From: an uncultured Clostridia bacterium
GTDB lineage: Bacteria; Bacillota; Clostridia; Christensenellales; CAG-917
Direction: 5' to 3'
Length of the DNA stretch: 64,000 nt
Assembly (NCBI GenBank): GCA_947589475.1
Contig: CANQBO010000007.1
Span: 33,493 to 97,492, forward strand
Shown here: positions 34,849 to 44,531 of the stretch, piece by piece
Position numbering within the stretch: position 1 is the stretch's first letter
How the letters are laid out: each line of letters begins with the position of its first letter
Notes under the pieces: generated by a model
The model's input: only the letters and a program-made list of their open reading frames with translations
What the model was told of the DNA's origin: nothing
Databases searched by the model: none
Position numbers and translations under genes: made by a program

Positions 34849-35478
34849 TCAGTTTTCGCCGTCCGCGAGAATGGGATTGTTACGTCTCTCAAAATCGAGA
34901 GTGGTCCGCTCGCCGTGACCGGGCAAAAGCTCATAGTCGCCCTTAAGCGCGAACAGCTTTGCCGCGCTATTTTTGAGCGTCGCGAGGTCTCCGTCAAAGA
35001 GGTCCGTCCTGCCGTACGTTTTACAAAATATGGCGTCACCCGTGAATATCTTGTCCTCAACCTTAAAGCAAACTCCGTCTTTTGAGTGTCCCGGGGTGTA
35101 GATGACGTCGAAGTCAAGCCCCGCGATATTCAATTTCTCGCCGCCGTCAAGCAAGATGTCGGGCTGAAACGGCTCCACTTTGACCCCCATATACTTGCCC
35201 AAATTCTTCTTGCCGTGAATATATTCCACGCTCTCTGAGTGCGCGTACACTTTGGCTTGTTCATACAGCCTTTTAAGCGCCGCAACGCCCGCGATATGGT
35301 CGAAATGGGCGTGCGTGATGAGTATTGCCTCCACTTTCGCTCCGAGAGCGTCAAGTCTCGACTTTACCCTGTCCGCGCAAGCTTCGTCCCCGGGGTCTAC
35401 GACGATCGCGCTCCCGCCCTCGACGATGATATATGTGTTTGTATGCATCAAAGAGCATATCTCTTGAAATATCTGCAT
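34849..35478 (-). CDS. MBL-fold metallo-hydrolase (glyoxalase II-like)
   Basis: 209 aa with the ITHAHFDHIAG (HxHxDH) motif. Confidence 0.85.
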   Translation of the reverse strand: MQIFQEICSLMHTNTYIIVEGGSAIVVDPGDEACADRVKSRLDALGAKVEAILITHAHFDHIAGVAALKRLYEQAKVYAHSESVEYIHGKKNLGKYMGVKVEPFQPDILLDGGEKLNIAGLDFDVIYTPGHSKDGVCFKVEDKIFTGDAIFCKTYGRTDLFDGDLATLKNSAAKLFALKGDYELLPGHGERTTLDFERRNNPILADGEN

Positions 35479-35543
35479 ATGTCCCTCGTTTTACAAGTTG
35501 AATGTTGCAATATTTTCTGCAAAATGTACACCTGTGGCACGTT

Positions 35544-37688
35544 TTAGCGCTTTATGCTTATGACTCCGTTTATGGAATGTAGTTTGAGCACAAGGTTTTC
35601 AAGCTCGCTCGCTTTTTTGATGCGCACGGTCAAAGTGATCTCGCCCGTATCGCCCCTATCGAGCACGCGCACGTTTGCCGCGACGATCTCGATGTGCATA
35701 TTCGACACCGCAAGCGTGACTGCGGCAAGCAGACCGCCTTTATTTTCGCAATATATTGTGAGCGTAGAGTTGAAGCTCTCGTTGCCCTCGATGTCCCACG
35801 ACACATTGATGAGCCTCTCCTCCTCCATGCCCTTTATGTTCGGGCAGTCCGCCCTGTGCACGGACACTCCCCTTCCCCGCGAAATGTAGCCTATTATGGG
35901 GTCTCCCGGGACGGGCGAACAACATTGCGAAATGCGCACCGTAAAGTTGGCGTTTCCGTTGACGAGTATTCCGCTCTTCGAGTGTTGGTGCGGCTTGCTG
36001 TCCGACTTGAGCGTCACAGTCTCGTCCGCAAGCGAAGTGACGGCGGGTTCCGCGCGGAAACTTTCTATAATTTTGCTGAGGACCTGATTTGTGGTGAGTC
36101 CGCCGTAGCCGACCGCCGCGTACAGGTCGTCCTCGCTTCCTATGCCGTGGCGCGTGAGTATGGCGTGCAATGTCTCGGGGGTGAATATCTCGCTGAGATT
36201 GTAACCTCTGCGCTTCGCTTCCCTTTCCAACATATCCTTGCCGCGGGCGATGTTCTCGTCCCTGCGCTCCTTCTTGAAAAACGCGCGAATCTTCGACCTT
36301 GCGGAAGCGCTCCGCACAAACTTGAGCCAATCCAGGCTGGGGCCTTTGGAGGCGTTTGATGTTATGATCTCGACTATGTCGCCCGTCTGCAGTTTTGTGC
36401 TGAGCGGGACCATTTTTTTGTTTATCTTTGCGCCGACGCACTTGTTGCCTATCTGCGAGTGTATCTTGTAGGCAAGATCGACGGGTGTTGAGCCGACGGG
36501 CAAGCCGTGCACGTCTCCTTTTGGGGTGAAGACAAAGACTTCGTCGTCAAAGACGTTGATTTTGACGGCGTCCATAAATTCTTTTGCTCCGTCGATGTCC
36601 TTCTGCGCCTCCATGACCTCTCTCAGCCACTTGACTTTGCTGTCAAGCTCGCTGTCAATGCCTGTCGTGCCTTCCTTGTACTTCCAATGCGCCGCGATAC
36701 CGAATTCCGCCACGCGGTGCATCTCGTACGTCCTTATCTGTATCTCGAAAGTCTCGTTGTAAGGCGTGACGACGGTGGTGTGCAGAGATTGATAGTTGTT
36801 CGCCTTCGGCATGGCGATATAGTCCTTGAACCTGCCCGGCATCGGTTTCCACATGGTGTGTATCTCGCCGAGCATGGTGTAGCAATCCTTTATGCTTGTC
36901 ACGATTATGCGCACCGCAAGCAGATCGTATATCTGATCTATGTCGATGTTGTGATTTTTCATCTTGCGATATACGCTGTAAAAGTGCTTAGGTCTGCCGT
37001 TGACCTCGCCCTTTATGTCCATTTCCTTGAGTTTCGCCTCTATCTGCGCAATTATCGTATCCAGCTGATTTTGCCTCTCACTGCGGCGTTTTGCGACGCT
37101 TTCGCTGATATACTTGTACTCCTCCGGCATGAGATATTTCATGCTCAGGTCCTCAAGCTCGCATTTGAAGAAGGAAATCCCCAATCTGCCCGCGAGCGGC
37201 GCGTATATATCCAAAGTCTCGCGCGAAATGCGCTGTTGCTGTTCCACCGAGGTACAGCCGAGGGTGCGCATGTTGTGGAGCCTGTCCGCAAGTTTGATGA
37301 TTATCACTCTGAGGTCCTTCGCCATAGCGACGAATATCTTGCGGAAATTTTCCGCTTGCGCCTCTTCCTTGTTGACAAATTGAAGCTTGTCGAGTTTTGT
37401 GACGCCCTGCACAAGCTCGAGTATCTCGTCCCCAAACAGCTCCTTTATTTCCTCGGGAGTATGCGGAGTGTCCTCGAGCACATCGTGCAAAAAAGCCGCA
37501 ATGACAGTCGAGCTGTCAAAGCCGAAGTCCGCCAATATCTCCGCCACCGCGCATGGATGTATAAAGTAGTCCTCGCCCGAAATGCGCTTTTGTCCCTCGT
37601 GTGCGGCTTTGGCAAAATCATACGCCTTTTTTATCTCTGCGTATTTTTCGGGATAACATTTTCTGAGTTTTACGAGTAATTCGTCCAT
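35544..37688 (-). CDS. relA: Bifunctional (p)ppGpp synthetase/hydrolase (RelA/SpoT homologue)
   Basis: HD domain (HDVLEDT), synthetase domain, and TGS and ACT C-terminal domains. The start MDELLVKL at 37688 has AGGGGG 8 nt upstream; an alternative ATG is at 37709. Confidence 0.95.
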   Translation of the reverse strand: MDELLVKLRKCYPEKYAEIKKAYDFAKAAHEGQKRISGEDYFIHPCAVAEILADFGFDSSTVIAAFLHDVLEDTPHTPEEIKELFGDEILELVQGVTKLDKLQFVNKEEAQAENFRKIFVAMAKDLRVIIIKLADRLHNMRTLGCTSVEQQQRISRETLDIYAPLAGRLGISFFKCELEDLSMKYLMPEEYKYISESVAKRRSERQNQLDTIIAQIEAKLKEMDIKGEVNGRPKHFYSVYRKMKNHNIDIDQIYDLLAVRIIVTSIKDCYTMLGEIHTMWKPMPGRFKDYIAMPKANNYQSLHTTVVTPYNETFEIQIRTYEMHRVAEFGIAAHWKYKEGTTGIDSELDSKVKWLREVMEAQKDIDGAKEFMDAVKINVFDDEVFVFTPKGDVHGLPVGSTPVDLAYKIHSQIGNKCVGAKINKKMVPLSTKLQTGDIVEIITSNASKGPSLDWLKFVRSASARSKIRAFFKKERRDENIARGKDMLEREAKRRGYNLSEIFTPETLHAILTRHGIGSEDDLYAAVGYGGLTTNQVLSKIIESFRAEPAVTSLADETVTLKSDSKPHQHSKSGILVNGNANFTVRISQCCSPVPGDPIIGYISRGRGVSVHRADCPNIKGMEEERLINVSWDIEGNESFNSTLTIYCENKGGLLAAVTLAVSNMHIEIVAANVRVLDRGDTGEITLTVRIKKASELENLVLKLHSINGVISIKR

Positions 37689-37807
37689 ATCGCCTACCCC
37701 CTTTGCCATTTAGTCCTATCAAGCGACGTCGCCGCCTCATTCATATTGTTATATTTTAGCCCAACCCGCCTCATAAAGCAATAGGCTTTTTCAATTTATA
37801 TGCGACA

Positions 37808-40093
37808 TCAGCGGCATAAATTGCGATATACCGCGCTTTTGGCGAGATCTACGCGTTTATTTGCCACATTGAGCTGTCCCCTTTCGGAAACGCTTACAAG
37901 CCCTACCTGCTCGAAGATGCGCATAGCGATGAGGAAAGTCTGCTCGCTCACCTTGAAGCGCGAACATATCGCAAGGTACAGTCTGCGCATGTTGCTTGCC
38001 CTGTCAGGACGTCTTGCTTGAGCGGCAAGCTCCTTATATATCGTCCTCAAAATATCGTCGCTTATGCGCGGCGCGTCGATTTTGACCGCGTCGAGCGCAT
38101 AGCATTTTGCGCTGTCCGAGATGTGCGCGATATAGCCTTTCGACAGCGGATCGCCCGCGACGACCACATTCTCGTAAAAACCGAAATCGAAAACACTGCA
38201 CGGACATACGAGCACAGCGTTTTCGGGATTCAGCGAGGGCATTCCGCCCACATATACGGGAAGAGTGGCGACCTCGGGACACATGCTTACAAGCCTGTCC
38301 ACATCCGCGCGTTTGAAGCACACGAACAGCGTCCCGAAGGGTTTTTTGAGCATTTCCGCCATCTTTTCGTTGTCGATGGGCAATACATCGGGCGTCCCCT
38401 CAAAGTCCAACTCGTGCACGTTCAAACAAGCCGCGTCCTCGTCCGCAAGCGTAAGCTCGCTGAGTTTGAAGGAGCGTATGAGCGCCTGCGCGGTCACATT
38501 GTTTTGGAAAGTGTTTACGGCAAGCGTGACTTCCATATCCAGCTTGCCCGAGTTGTAGCCAAGCGCCTCGGGATAGCGCGAAAAGCCGAGAATGTCCAGA
38601 TTTTTGCCCGAATATTTGACGTGTTGCGAAAAACCTATCCTCTCGAAATCGAAATTCCCGTCCTTTATGAGGAACGTCGGTTTTGGGTTTCTGTAGCCTG
38701 TCGGTTCCATAAACTCAAGCTCTTTGGCGAAGCTCAAAAAGTCTATGTCGCTTGTCAACTCCATCTCGCAAACGACGGGAGGAATGAAATCCGTGAGAGG
38801 ATGCTCATTTAGCACGCGCCTGTTTGCCTCTTGCCTGAACGCCTCCAAATTCTCGGGACGCATATTTATTCCCGCGGCTTGCGCGTGCCCGCCGAATGAG
38901 GTGTAATATTCGCTCATGCCGCTGAAAAGCTCGAATATATTTACGCAAGGCACGCTTCTAGCGCTGCCCTTAAGCTCCTCGCCGTTCTTTGCAAACAGCA
39001 CGGCGGGACGTTTGAACTCCTCCACGAGTCTCGCCGCGGCGATGCCGAGTATGCCCGCCTCCCAATTCTCATTGTAAAGCGCGATGAAGCCCGTAGAATT
39101 GAAGTCCACGCCCTTGAGCATACGCTTCGCCTCTTCGACGATGACCTCGCACATGTCCTGTCGTCTCGCGTTGTCCCTTGAAAGCTCCTCCGAGAGAGTT
39201 TTGAGCATAAAGTAGTCGCTTTCCAAAAACAGTCCTACCGCCTTCATCGCGGAACCTAACCTACCCGCGGCGTTTATGCGCGGCGCAAGTTTGAACATGA
39301 TGTCCTGTGATGTGATGTTCTCCGCCCCGACAAGCAACTTTATGCCCCTGCGCGGACTTGAAAGAAGCGCCCTAAGTCCGAAATATGCGATTATCCTGTT
39401 GTCGTCCACAAGCGGCACGACGTCCGCGATCGTGGCGATGGCGGCGATGTCGATATATTTTTTTGCCTCGTCCGCACTCGAGAGAGCCTCTACAAGTTTG
39501 AAGGCGACACCCGCGCCGCACAACTCGAAAAAGCCTTTCCTCTCCAGCTTTGGGTCGACGATGAGGCAATTCGGCAAGACGTCCTGCGGCTCATGATGAT
39601 CGGTGACGATGACGTCTATACCCTGCGATTTGATGTATTCCACCTCATTCACCGCCGTAATGCCGCAGTCTACGGTTATGACAAGCGAGGGACGCTTTGA
39701 CGAAAACATCCTTTCGAGCGCGCTCACGCTCATGCCGTAGCCGTCGCGGTTGCGATCGGGAATGAAATACCATACGTCTGCCTTATCTCTGAGATACAGC
39801 ATCAAAATGGATATGGCGCATATGCCATCGCAGTCGTAATCTCCGTATATCAAGATCTTTTCCCCGTCTTTTATCGCCCTTTGAACGCGTTCGGCGGCTT
39901 CCCTCATCCCTTTTATGGCAAAAGGAGAACCGAGCGCGTCGAGAGAGGGATGAAGATAGCCCTCAATTTGGTACTCCTCTATCCCGCGCGAGAGGAGCAA
40001 ACTCAAAAAACGCTCGGAAATATGCAACTTCCTTGCAAGTTCCTTCTGTTCCGAGCTGAGTTTCGGGGATAAGTTTTTGACAGCATAGTCCAT
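37808..40093 (-). CDS. recJ: Single-stranded-DNA-specific exonuclease RecJ
   Basis: 761 aa with DHH motifs (IYGDYDCDG, DHH in VTDHHEP) and a DHHA1 domain. Confidence 0.95.
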   Translation of the reverse strand: MDYAVKNLSPKLSSEQKELARKLHISERFLSLLLSRGIEEYQIEGYLHPSLDALGSPFAIKGMREAAERVQRAIKDGEKILIYGDYDCDGICAISILMLYLRDKADVWYFIPDRNRDGYGMSVSALERMFSSKRPSLVITVDCGITAVNEVEYIKSQGIDVIVTDHHEPQDVLPNCLIVDPKLERKGFFELCGAGVAFKLVEALSSADEAKKYIDIAAIATIADVVPLVDDNRIIAYFGLRALLSSPRRGIKLLVGAENITSQDIMFKLAPRINAAGRLGSAMKAVGLFLESDYFMLKTLSEELSRDNARRQDMCEVIVEEAKRMLKGVDFNSTGFIALYNENWEAGILGIAAARLVEEFKRPAVLFAKNGEELKGSARSVPCVNIFELFSGMSEYYTSFGGHAQAAGINMRPENLEAFRQEANRRVLNEHPLTDFIPPVVCEMELTSDIDFLSFAKELEFMEPTGYRNPKPTFLIKDGNFDFERIGFSQHVKYSGKNLDILGFSRYPEALGYNSGKLDMEVTLAVNTFQNNVTAQALIRSFKLSELTLADEDAACLNVHELDFEGTPDVLPIDNEKMAEMLKKPFGTLFVCFKRADVDRLVSMCPEVATLPVYVGGMPSLNPENAVLVCPCSVFDFGFYENVVVAGDPLSKGYIAHISDSAKCYALDAVKIDAPRISDDILRTIYKELAAQARRPDRASNMRRLYLAICSRFKVSEQTFLIAMRIFEQVGLVSVSERGQLNVANKRVDLAKSAVYRNLCR

Positions 40094-40176
40094 TTTGTCG
40101 CGCCTCGGGTCATATCGCTTTCAAAAGCATAAAATTCGCCCCTACAGCGTGCACTGTAAGGGCGGAATTGTTTCTT

Positions 40177-41388
40177 TTATTTTTTCTTTGAAGAGGTGTT
40201 CTTCTTTGAATATTTGTAGGTGGCGTTGCTCTTTGCCTTGTTGTTTGAGTCTTTCTTTTTGGAAGATCTGTTTGCGCCTGTCTCTGCGGGAGCCGTCCCT
40301 TCGTCCGAACCGCTTGAAACGACGTTTGCGTTTGAGGGCTGTTGCTCTTCCTCGTCGTCGCTCTTTTCATAGGTGACGTCGTTTCTCTTCGCATACTTTT
40401 CCTTTGTCCTGTCAAAGGAAGCGGACATCGCCGCCCAAAGCGGAGTTGCGAGGAATACCGACGAATAAAGACCTGCGATCAAGCCGAGGATGATGGGCAC
40501 GCAGAACTCTCTTATGGACTCGCCGCCGAGTATCGCGAGGAATATGACCGTGATCATCGTCGTGAGCGTGGTGTAGATTGAACGCGTCATCGTATCTCTG
40601 ACCGCCAGATCGCCGATGCCCTTATAGTCGATATTTTTCTCGTTCTTGATGGGTTTCAAGGACTCGCGGCAACGGTCGAAGATGATGATGGTGTTGTTGA
40701 TTGAGTACGCGATGATGGTTATCATTGCCGCAACGTATGAGCTGTTGATCTGCACTCTGCAAATGACCGTGAGCGCAAACATGACGACTACGTCGTGGAC
40801 GAGCGCGATTATCGCCGCAAAGCCGCTCATCAGCGTAAATCTGATGATGATGTAGAGGAGTATCAGCGCGACGCTGACCGCAAGCGCAATTCCCGCTTTC
40901 GACAGCAAGTCGTGCGCCGCCGTTGCGCCGATGGATTCGTATGTGACCGTTACGGGTTTTTCGGAATCGGCATACAGCTCCTCAATTGAGGCTCTTATCT
41001 CTTCATTGAGTTGGCTTATCGCCTCGTCATCGTTGGAGATGTTCTTGTATCTGAACGCTATGGACGAATTGTCGACGTTGTTCGCCTCTTGCTGTTGGAT
41101 ATAGCTGACGGTGACTTTGTGCTCCTGTATAGCCTCGACGATGAGGTTTCTGTTCTCCACATATTTGTCGCCCAGAGCGCCCTCGCCCAAAGTGACCGTG
41201 ATGACGGAGCCGCCTTCGAAGTCGATGCCTATGCCGACCGCGTCCGAATAGCTGCCGCCCGTCGCTCCGAGCGCGACGACGATTATCACCGCGACCAAAA
41301 GAATGACGAATGGAACCACCGCAAACAACTTACCGTATTTGCTTACGCTGAAGGTGTTGAGTAAACTTCTGAAAGATTTGTTTTTCAT
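40177..41388 (-). CDS. secF: Protein translocase subunit SecF, with a ~90-aa low-complexity C-terminal tail
   Basis: SecF TM core, then ..FDRTKEKYAKRND...SSKKKDSNNKAKSNATYKYSKKNTSSKKK. Confidence 0.9.
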   Translation of the reverse strand: MKNKSFRSLLNTFSVSKYGKLFAVVPFVILLVAVIIVVALGATGGSYSDAVGIGIDFEGGSVITVTLGEGALGDKYVENRNLIVEAIQEHKVTVSYIQQQEANNVDNSSIAFRYKNISNDDEAISQLNEEIRASIEELYADSEKPVTVTYESIGATAAHDLLSKAGIALAVSVALILLYIIIRFTLMSGFAAIIALVHDVVVMFALTVICRVQINSSYVAAMITIIAYSINNTIIIFDRCRESLKPIKNEKNIDYKGIGDLAVRDTMTRSIYTTLTTMITVIFLAILGGESIREFCVPIILGLIAGLYSSVFLATPLWAAMSASFDRTKEKYAKRNDVTYEKSDDEEEQQPSNANVVSSGSDEGTAPAETGANRSSKKKDSNNKAKSNATYKYSKKNTSSKKK

Positions 41389-41389
41389 A

Positions 41390-42739
41390 TCACTTCACCT
41401 CCTTAGCGGGTCTTGCGGATACAGGCGTTGAAGCGCCCTCTTCTCCATCGCCGTCCGATCTCTTCAGCCCGTAGAAAGCAGGGTGAGAATTGTTGAGCGC
41501 AATGAAGCACTTGAGTATAAGTCTTGTCACGACAAGCGAGGTGAACATCGAAAGAATGATACCGATGAAAAGCGTGACCGCAAATCCGACGATCGCGGAA
41601 GAACCCAATATCCACAGCACGACCGCGCCTATGAGCGTTGTGACGTTGCCGTCGACGATCGCCGCGGTAGAGCCTTTGAAGCCGTCCTTAATGGAGGTCT
41701 GTATCGACCTCGAACCGTTTGATTTGTACAGTCTCTTTATCCTCTCGAAAATGATGACGTTCGCGTCGACTGCCATACCTATCGAAAGCAGGATGCCCGC
41801 AATGCCCGGGAGAGTGAGCTGTACCCACGGAAGAACCGCGCAGAACCAAAGCAACAGCACGATGTAGACGCAAAGCGCGATGTCCGCCGCAAGTCCGAGG
41901 CCGCGATATACGACGCCGAGGAAGAGGAAGATGAGTCCTACGCCTATAGCGCCCGCGATGAGAGCGATGCGCACAGCGTCCTTGCCGAGAGTTGCCGAGA
42001 TGTTGCGTTGCTCCAAAACGGTCAGCTTGACGCCCAAACTGCCCGACTGTATCTGAGTGGCAAAATCGTACGCCTGTTGATAGGTGTAGCCGCCGCTTTG
42101 GGTGATGATCGCCTGTCCGTTGGTGATCTGGGAGTTGACAGTGACGCCGCTGACTCTTGTTGTGCCGTTGTAGATGTAGATCTGATTGTTGAGATAATCT
42201 TGAGTCATTTTTGCAAAAGCTTCGGTGCCCGCGGTGTTAAACCTCAGTCCGACTGCATATTGCCGATTGTCGTCGAGAGTGACAAACGCGCTCGAGATGT
42301 GCTCTCTGCCGATGATGATGGATTCCGCATTCGGGTCATCCTCGCCCTTGAAGGTGATGTACGCGGGCGTACCGATGAGTTTGAGCACTCTTGCAGGATC
42401 GTCGATGTCGGGGACTTCGACGCGGATCGTCTGTCCGCCGTTGCTGTTTGTACCTTTTGTGACGGTAGACTCCGTATATCCCTTGCTTGCGAGCAGGTTT
42501 TGCAGAGAATTGATCGTACCGTTGATACGGCCATCAAGATCCTCAAGTCCATCGTCGTCAACGCCGAAAACAGTGGAAACGCCGCCCGACATATCAAGAC
42601 CGAGCTTGATGGCGTGGACATATCCGTTGTAGTCGTAGACCGTGTCGGCGATCGGGAATGATACCACCGCGAAAACCGCCATCAGAATGATGAACACGCT
42701 CACAACGGAGAGTATGACAATTGATTTCTTTTTGTTCAC
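41390..42739 (-). CDS. secD: Protein translocase subunit SecD
   Basis: SecD periplasmic and TM domains. The GTG start at 42739 (VNKKKSIVIL) lies 8 nt after GGAGG; the ORF-track start 42766 is an alternative. Confidence 0.9.
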   Translation of the reverse strand: MNKKKSIVILSVVSVFIILMAVFAVVSFPIADTVYDYNGYVHAIKLGLDMSGGVSTVFGVDDDGLEDLDGRINGTINSLQNLLASKGYTESTVTKGTNSNGGQTIRVEVPDIDDPARVLKLIGTPAYITFKGEDDPNAESIIIGREHISSAFVTLDDNRQYAVGLRFNTAGTEAFAKMTQDYLNNQIYIYNGTTRVSGVTVNSQITNGQAIITQSGGYTYQQAYDFATQIQSGSLGVKLTVLEQRNISATLGKDAVRIALIAGAIGVGLIFLFLGVVYRGLGLAADIALCVYIVLLLWFCAVLPWVQLTLPGIAGILLSIGMAVDANVIIFERIKRLYKSNGSRSIQTSIKDGFKGSTAAIVDGNVTTLIGAVVLWILGSSAIVGFAVTLFIGIILSMFTSLVVTRLILKCFIALNNSHPAFYGLKRSDGDGEEGASTPVSARPAKEVK

Positions 42740-42894
42740 AGGAAGAACCTCCATACAGTAAAACAAAGAATATTATAATGAGAAAAGCATATTAAGTCAA
42801 CAAAATAAAGCAAACCTATTGAAATTTTTATTCAAAAATGTCGTCATTTTTTCGCTCTTTGCATAATCGCGCCCGTAGGCTCATAGTCTTTGGT

Positions 42895-43281
42895 ATGGAA
42901 AGATCTTCAAATCTCAAGGGAAATATAACGGATGTCTTGAAAGCAGTACTGCTTTCTACGCTCATATCTTTGGGGCTTGTCCTCATTTTTGCCGTGATAA
43001 TCAAGTTTGCCGCCCTGCCCTCGAGCGTAATCATGCCCGTCAACATCGCGATAAAGACAATTTCGGTGTTGCTGGGTTGTCTCATAGGGTTCAAGACGCC
43101 CGAAAACGGCTTGCTCAAAGGCGCGATAACGGGACTCGTGTTCATGCTGTTCACGTTTTTCATTTTTGCGGCGCTCAGCGGTTTCAAGGACGTCAAATTC
43201 AGCTGGATAGACCTCATCACCCTGCCCGTCGCGGGCGCCATATCAGGCATAATAGCCGTAAATATTAGACATAAAAAATGA
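42895..43281 (+). CDS. Small 4-TM membrane protein (YrzE/TIGR04086-like, from memory)
   Basis: 128 aa from the ATG at 42895 (alternative start 42838), hydrophobic throughout. A comparable small membrane protein sits next to secDF in Bacillus. Confidence 0.55.
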   Translation: MERSSNLKGNITDVLKAVLLSTLISLGLVLIFAVIIKFAALPSSVIMPVNIAIKTISVLLGCLIGFKTPENGLLKGAITGLVFMLFTFFIFAALSGFKDVKFSWIDLITLPVAGAISGIIAVNIRHKK

Positions 43282-43294
43282 CCGTAAACACATA

Positions 43295-43325
43295 AAAACA
43301 GGCTGTCGTTCGGCAGCCTATTTCT
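43295..43325. terminator. Bidirectional terminator between the convergent membrane-protein gene and yajC
   Basis: AGGCTG-TCGTTCGG-CAGCCT hairpin flanked by an A-run and a T-rich tail. Confidence 0.55.
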
Positions 43326-43346
43326 ATGTTCTAAACGAATGTAATT

Positions 43347-43850
43347 TTAGTTTTCTTCGGAACCTTCCTCTTTGTTTTCAAAAATGGAAGCTTCGCTCTC
43401 GGTGGCTTGCTCAGGCTCGGACGCGGCCTCTTCTTCGGGAGCCTGTGCGGGTTCGGTAGATGTCTCGGGTTCGGCGGGAGCTTGCTCCGCTTGCGGCTCC
43501 TCAACGGGTTGAGGCGCGGGCGCGGGTGCCGCTACGTTTTCAAGCACATAGCCGACCGCCTTCCTGTCGATGACGATGAGCGTGGGATTTGTCTCGGTGC
43601 CGACGTTGACGATGAGAGTGTTGTCGGTGTTGACCTGCGTAATCTTGCCGACGAGTCCGCCGACGGTCATAAGCTTTGTGCCGACTGTCAGGCTGTCCAT
43701 CATCTGCTGTTGCTGTTTTTGGCGCTTCTTTTGAGGCACGATCGTCAGCACGATCATGAGCACAAGCACAACGCCGATTATCACAAACATGATCCAGCTG
43801 TTGTTGTTCTTAGGCGCGTCCTCTGCCAATAAATAATTCAAAAATGACAT
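43347..43850 (-). CDS. yajC: Preprotein translocase subunit YajC, with an acidic Pro/Glu/Ala-rich C-terminal extension
   Basis: N-terminal TM plus QKKRQKQQQQMMDSLTVGTKLMTVGGLVGKI (YajC core), followed by ~65 aa of APAPAPQPVEEPQAEQAPAEPE... Confidence 0.85.
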   Translation of the reverse strand: MSFLNYLLAEDAPKNNNSWIMFVIIGVVLVLMIVLTIVPQKKRQKQQQQMMDSLTVGTKLMTVGGLVGKITQVNTDNTLIVNVGTETNPTLIVIDRKAVGYVLENVAAPAPAPQPVEEPQAEQAPAEPETSTEPAQAPEEEAASEPEQATESEASIFENKEEGSEEN

Positions 43851-43894
43851 ATTTTAACTCCTTGAAAATCGCATTACACGACTGTTACTTGTCA

Positions 43895-43923
43895 AGTATA
43901 ACAGGATATTTCAACTTTGGCAA
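43895..43923 (-). promoter_or_regulatory. Putative yajC promoter (TTGCCA, 17 nt spacer, TATACT)
   Basis: Read on the minus strand, about 45 nt upstream of the yajC ATG. Confidence 0.4.
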
Positions 43924-43975
43924 GCTAATTTTGACAATAAGCAGGTATAAAATATTTTTAATACATTTGAAACTT

Positions 43976-44003
43976 GCGATATTCATAATGCGATATTCAT
44001 AAT
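43976..44003. repeat. Perfect tandem duplication of the 14-mer GCGATATTCATAAT
   Basis: The copy at 43976-43989 is identical to the copy at 43990-44003. Confidence 0.9.
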
Positions 44004-44127
44004 ATGTAACTCTGCCCGAGCGCATATAGAACTCAAGCACGAAAAGTTTTGGCATCTCGGACAAAGTTATTTAAATGACCCACCCTCACTGCGTACTTAG
44101 CGTAAAACCGCTCGCTCCGCGACGTCG

Positions 44128-44387
44128 CTCGGACAAAGCGTCCGTCCGTGTATAAGAACACTCGGACTGAGGTTACGTTAATCACTCGGACATGGCAAGT
44201 ACCATGTATAAGTGCGCTTAGACAAAGGTTACGTTATAAGTCGGGACCCCCACCACCCGCCTACGGCGGAGCCTCCCCCTAAACGCATGTTTCATTTCTA
44301 CACTTACGTTATCGAAGGGAGATGCCTAAGCTCAGACAATGCGTCCTTCCGTGTATAAAAACGCTCGGACAGAGGTTACGTTATAAG
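44128..44387. repeat. Three copies of a ~57-bp composite repeat, each built from two CTCGGACA-initiated sub-units
   Basis: Copies lie at 44128-44184, 44185-44241 (tandem with the first) and 44331-44387. Copy 1 versus copy 3 has 10 mismatches in 57 by hand alignment. The CTC(G/A)GACA-like octamer occurs 10 times between 44056 and 44601. Confidence 0.75.
44243..44284. repeat. Left arm of a 42-bp inverted-repeat pair
   Basis: gggacccccaccacccgcctacggcggagcctccccctaaac. Its reverse complement matches 44490-44531 at 38/42 positions, and all four mismatches fall in or next to the loop of an internal CCGCC/GGCGG mini-hairpin. Confidence 0.85.
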
Positions 44388-44446
44388 CCCAGACAAATTT
44401 TTTAATTTTTCCGTTTTGGGCATACCCCTTGATTTACCCCACGAAA

Positions 44447-44472
44447 AGTACTTTTCGTGGGGACCCCGCTTT
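44447..44472. repeat. 26-nt perfect palindrome CCCCACGAAAAGT|ACTTTTCGTGGGG
   Basis: Read directly; it lies between the two 42-bp inverted-repeat arms. Confidence 0.9.
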
Positions 44473-44489
44473 TGCTCAGACAAACGTGA

Positions 44490-44531
44490 GTTTAGGGGGA
44501 GGCTCCGCCGAATGGCGGTGGTGGGGGTCCC
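44490..44531. repeat. Right arm of the 42-bp inverted-repeat pair
   Basis: gtttagggggaggctccgccgaatggcggtggtgggggtccc; see the left arm. Confidence 0.85.
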
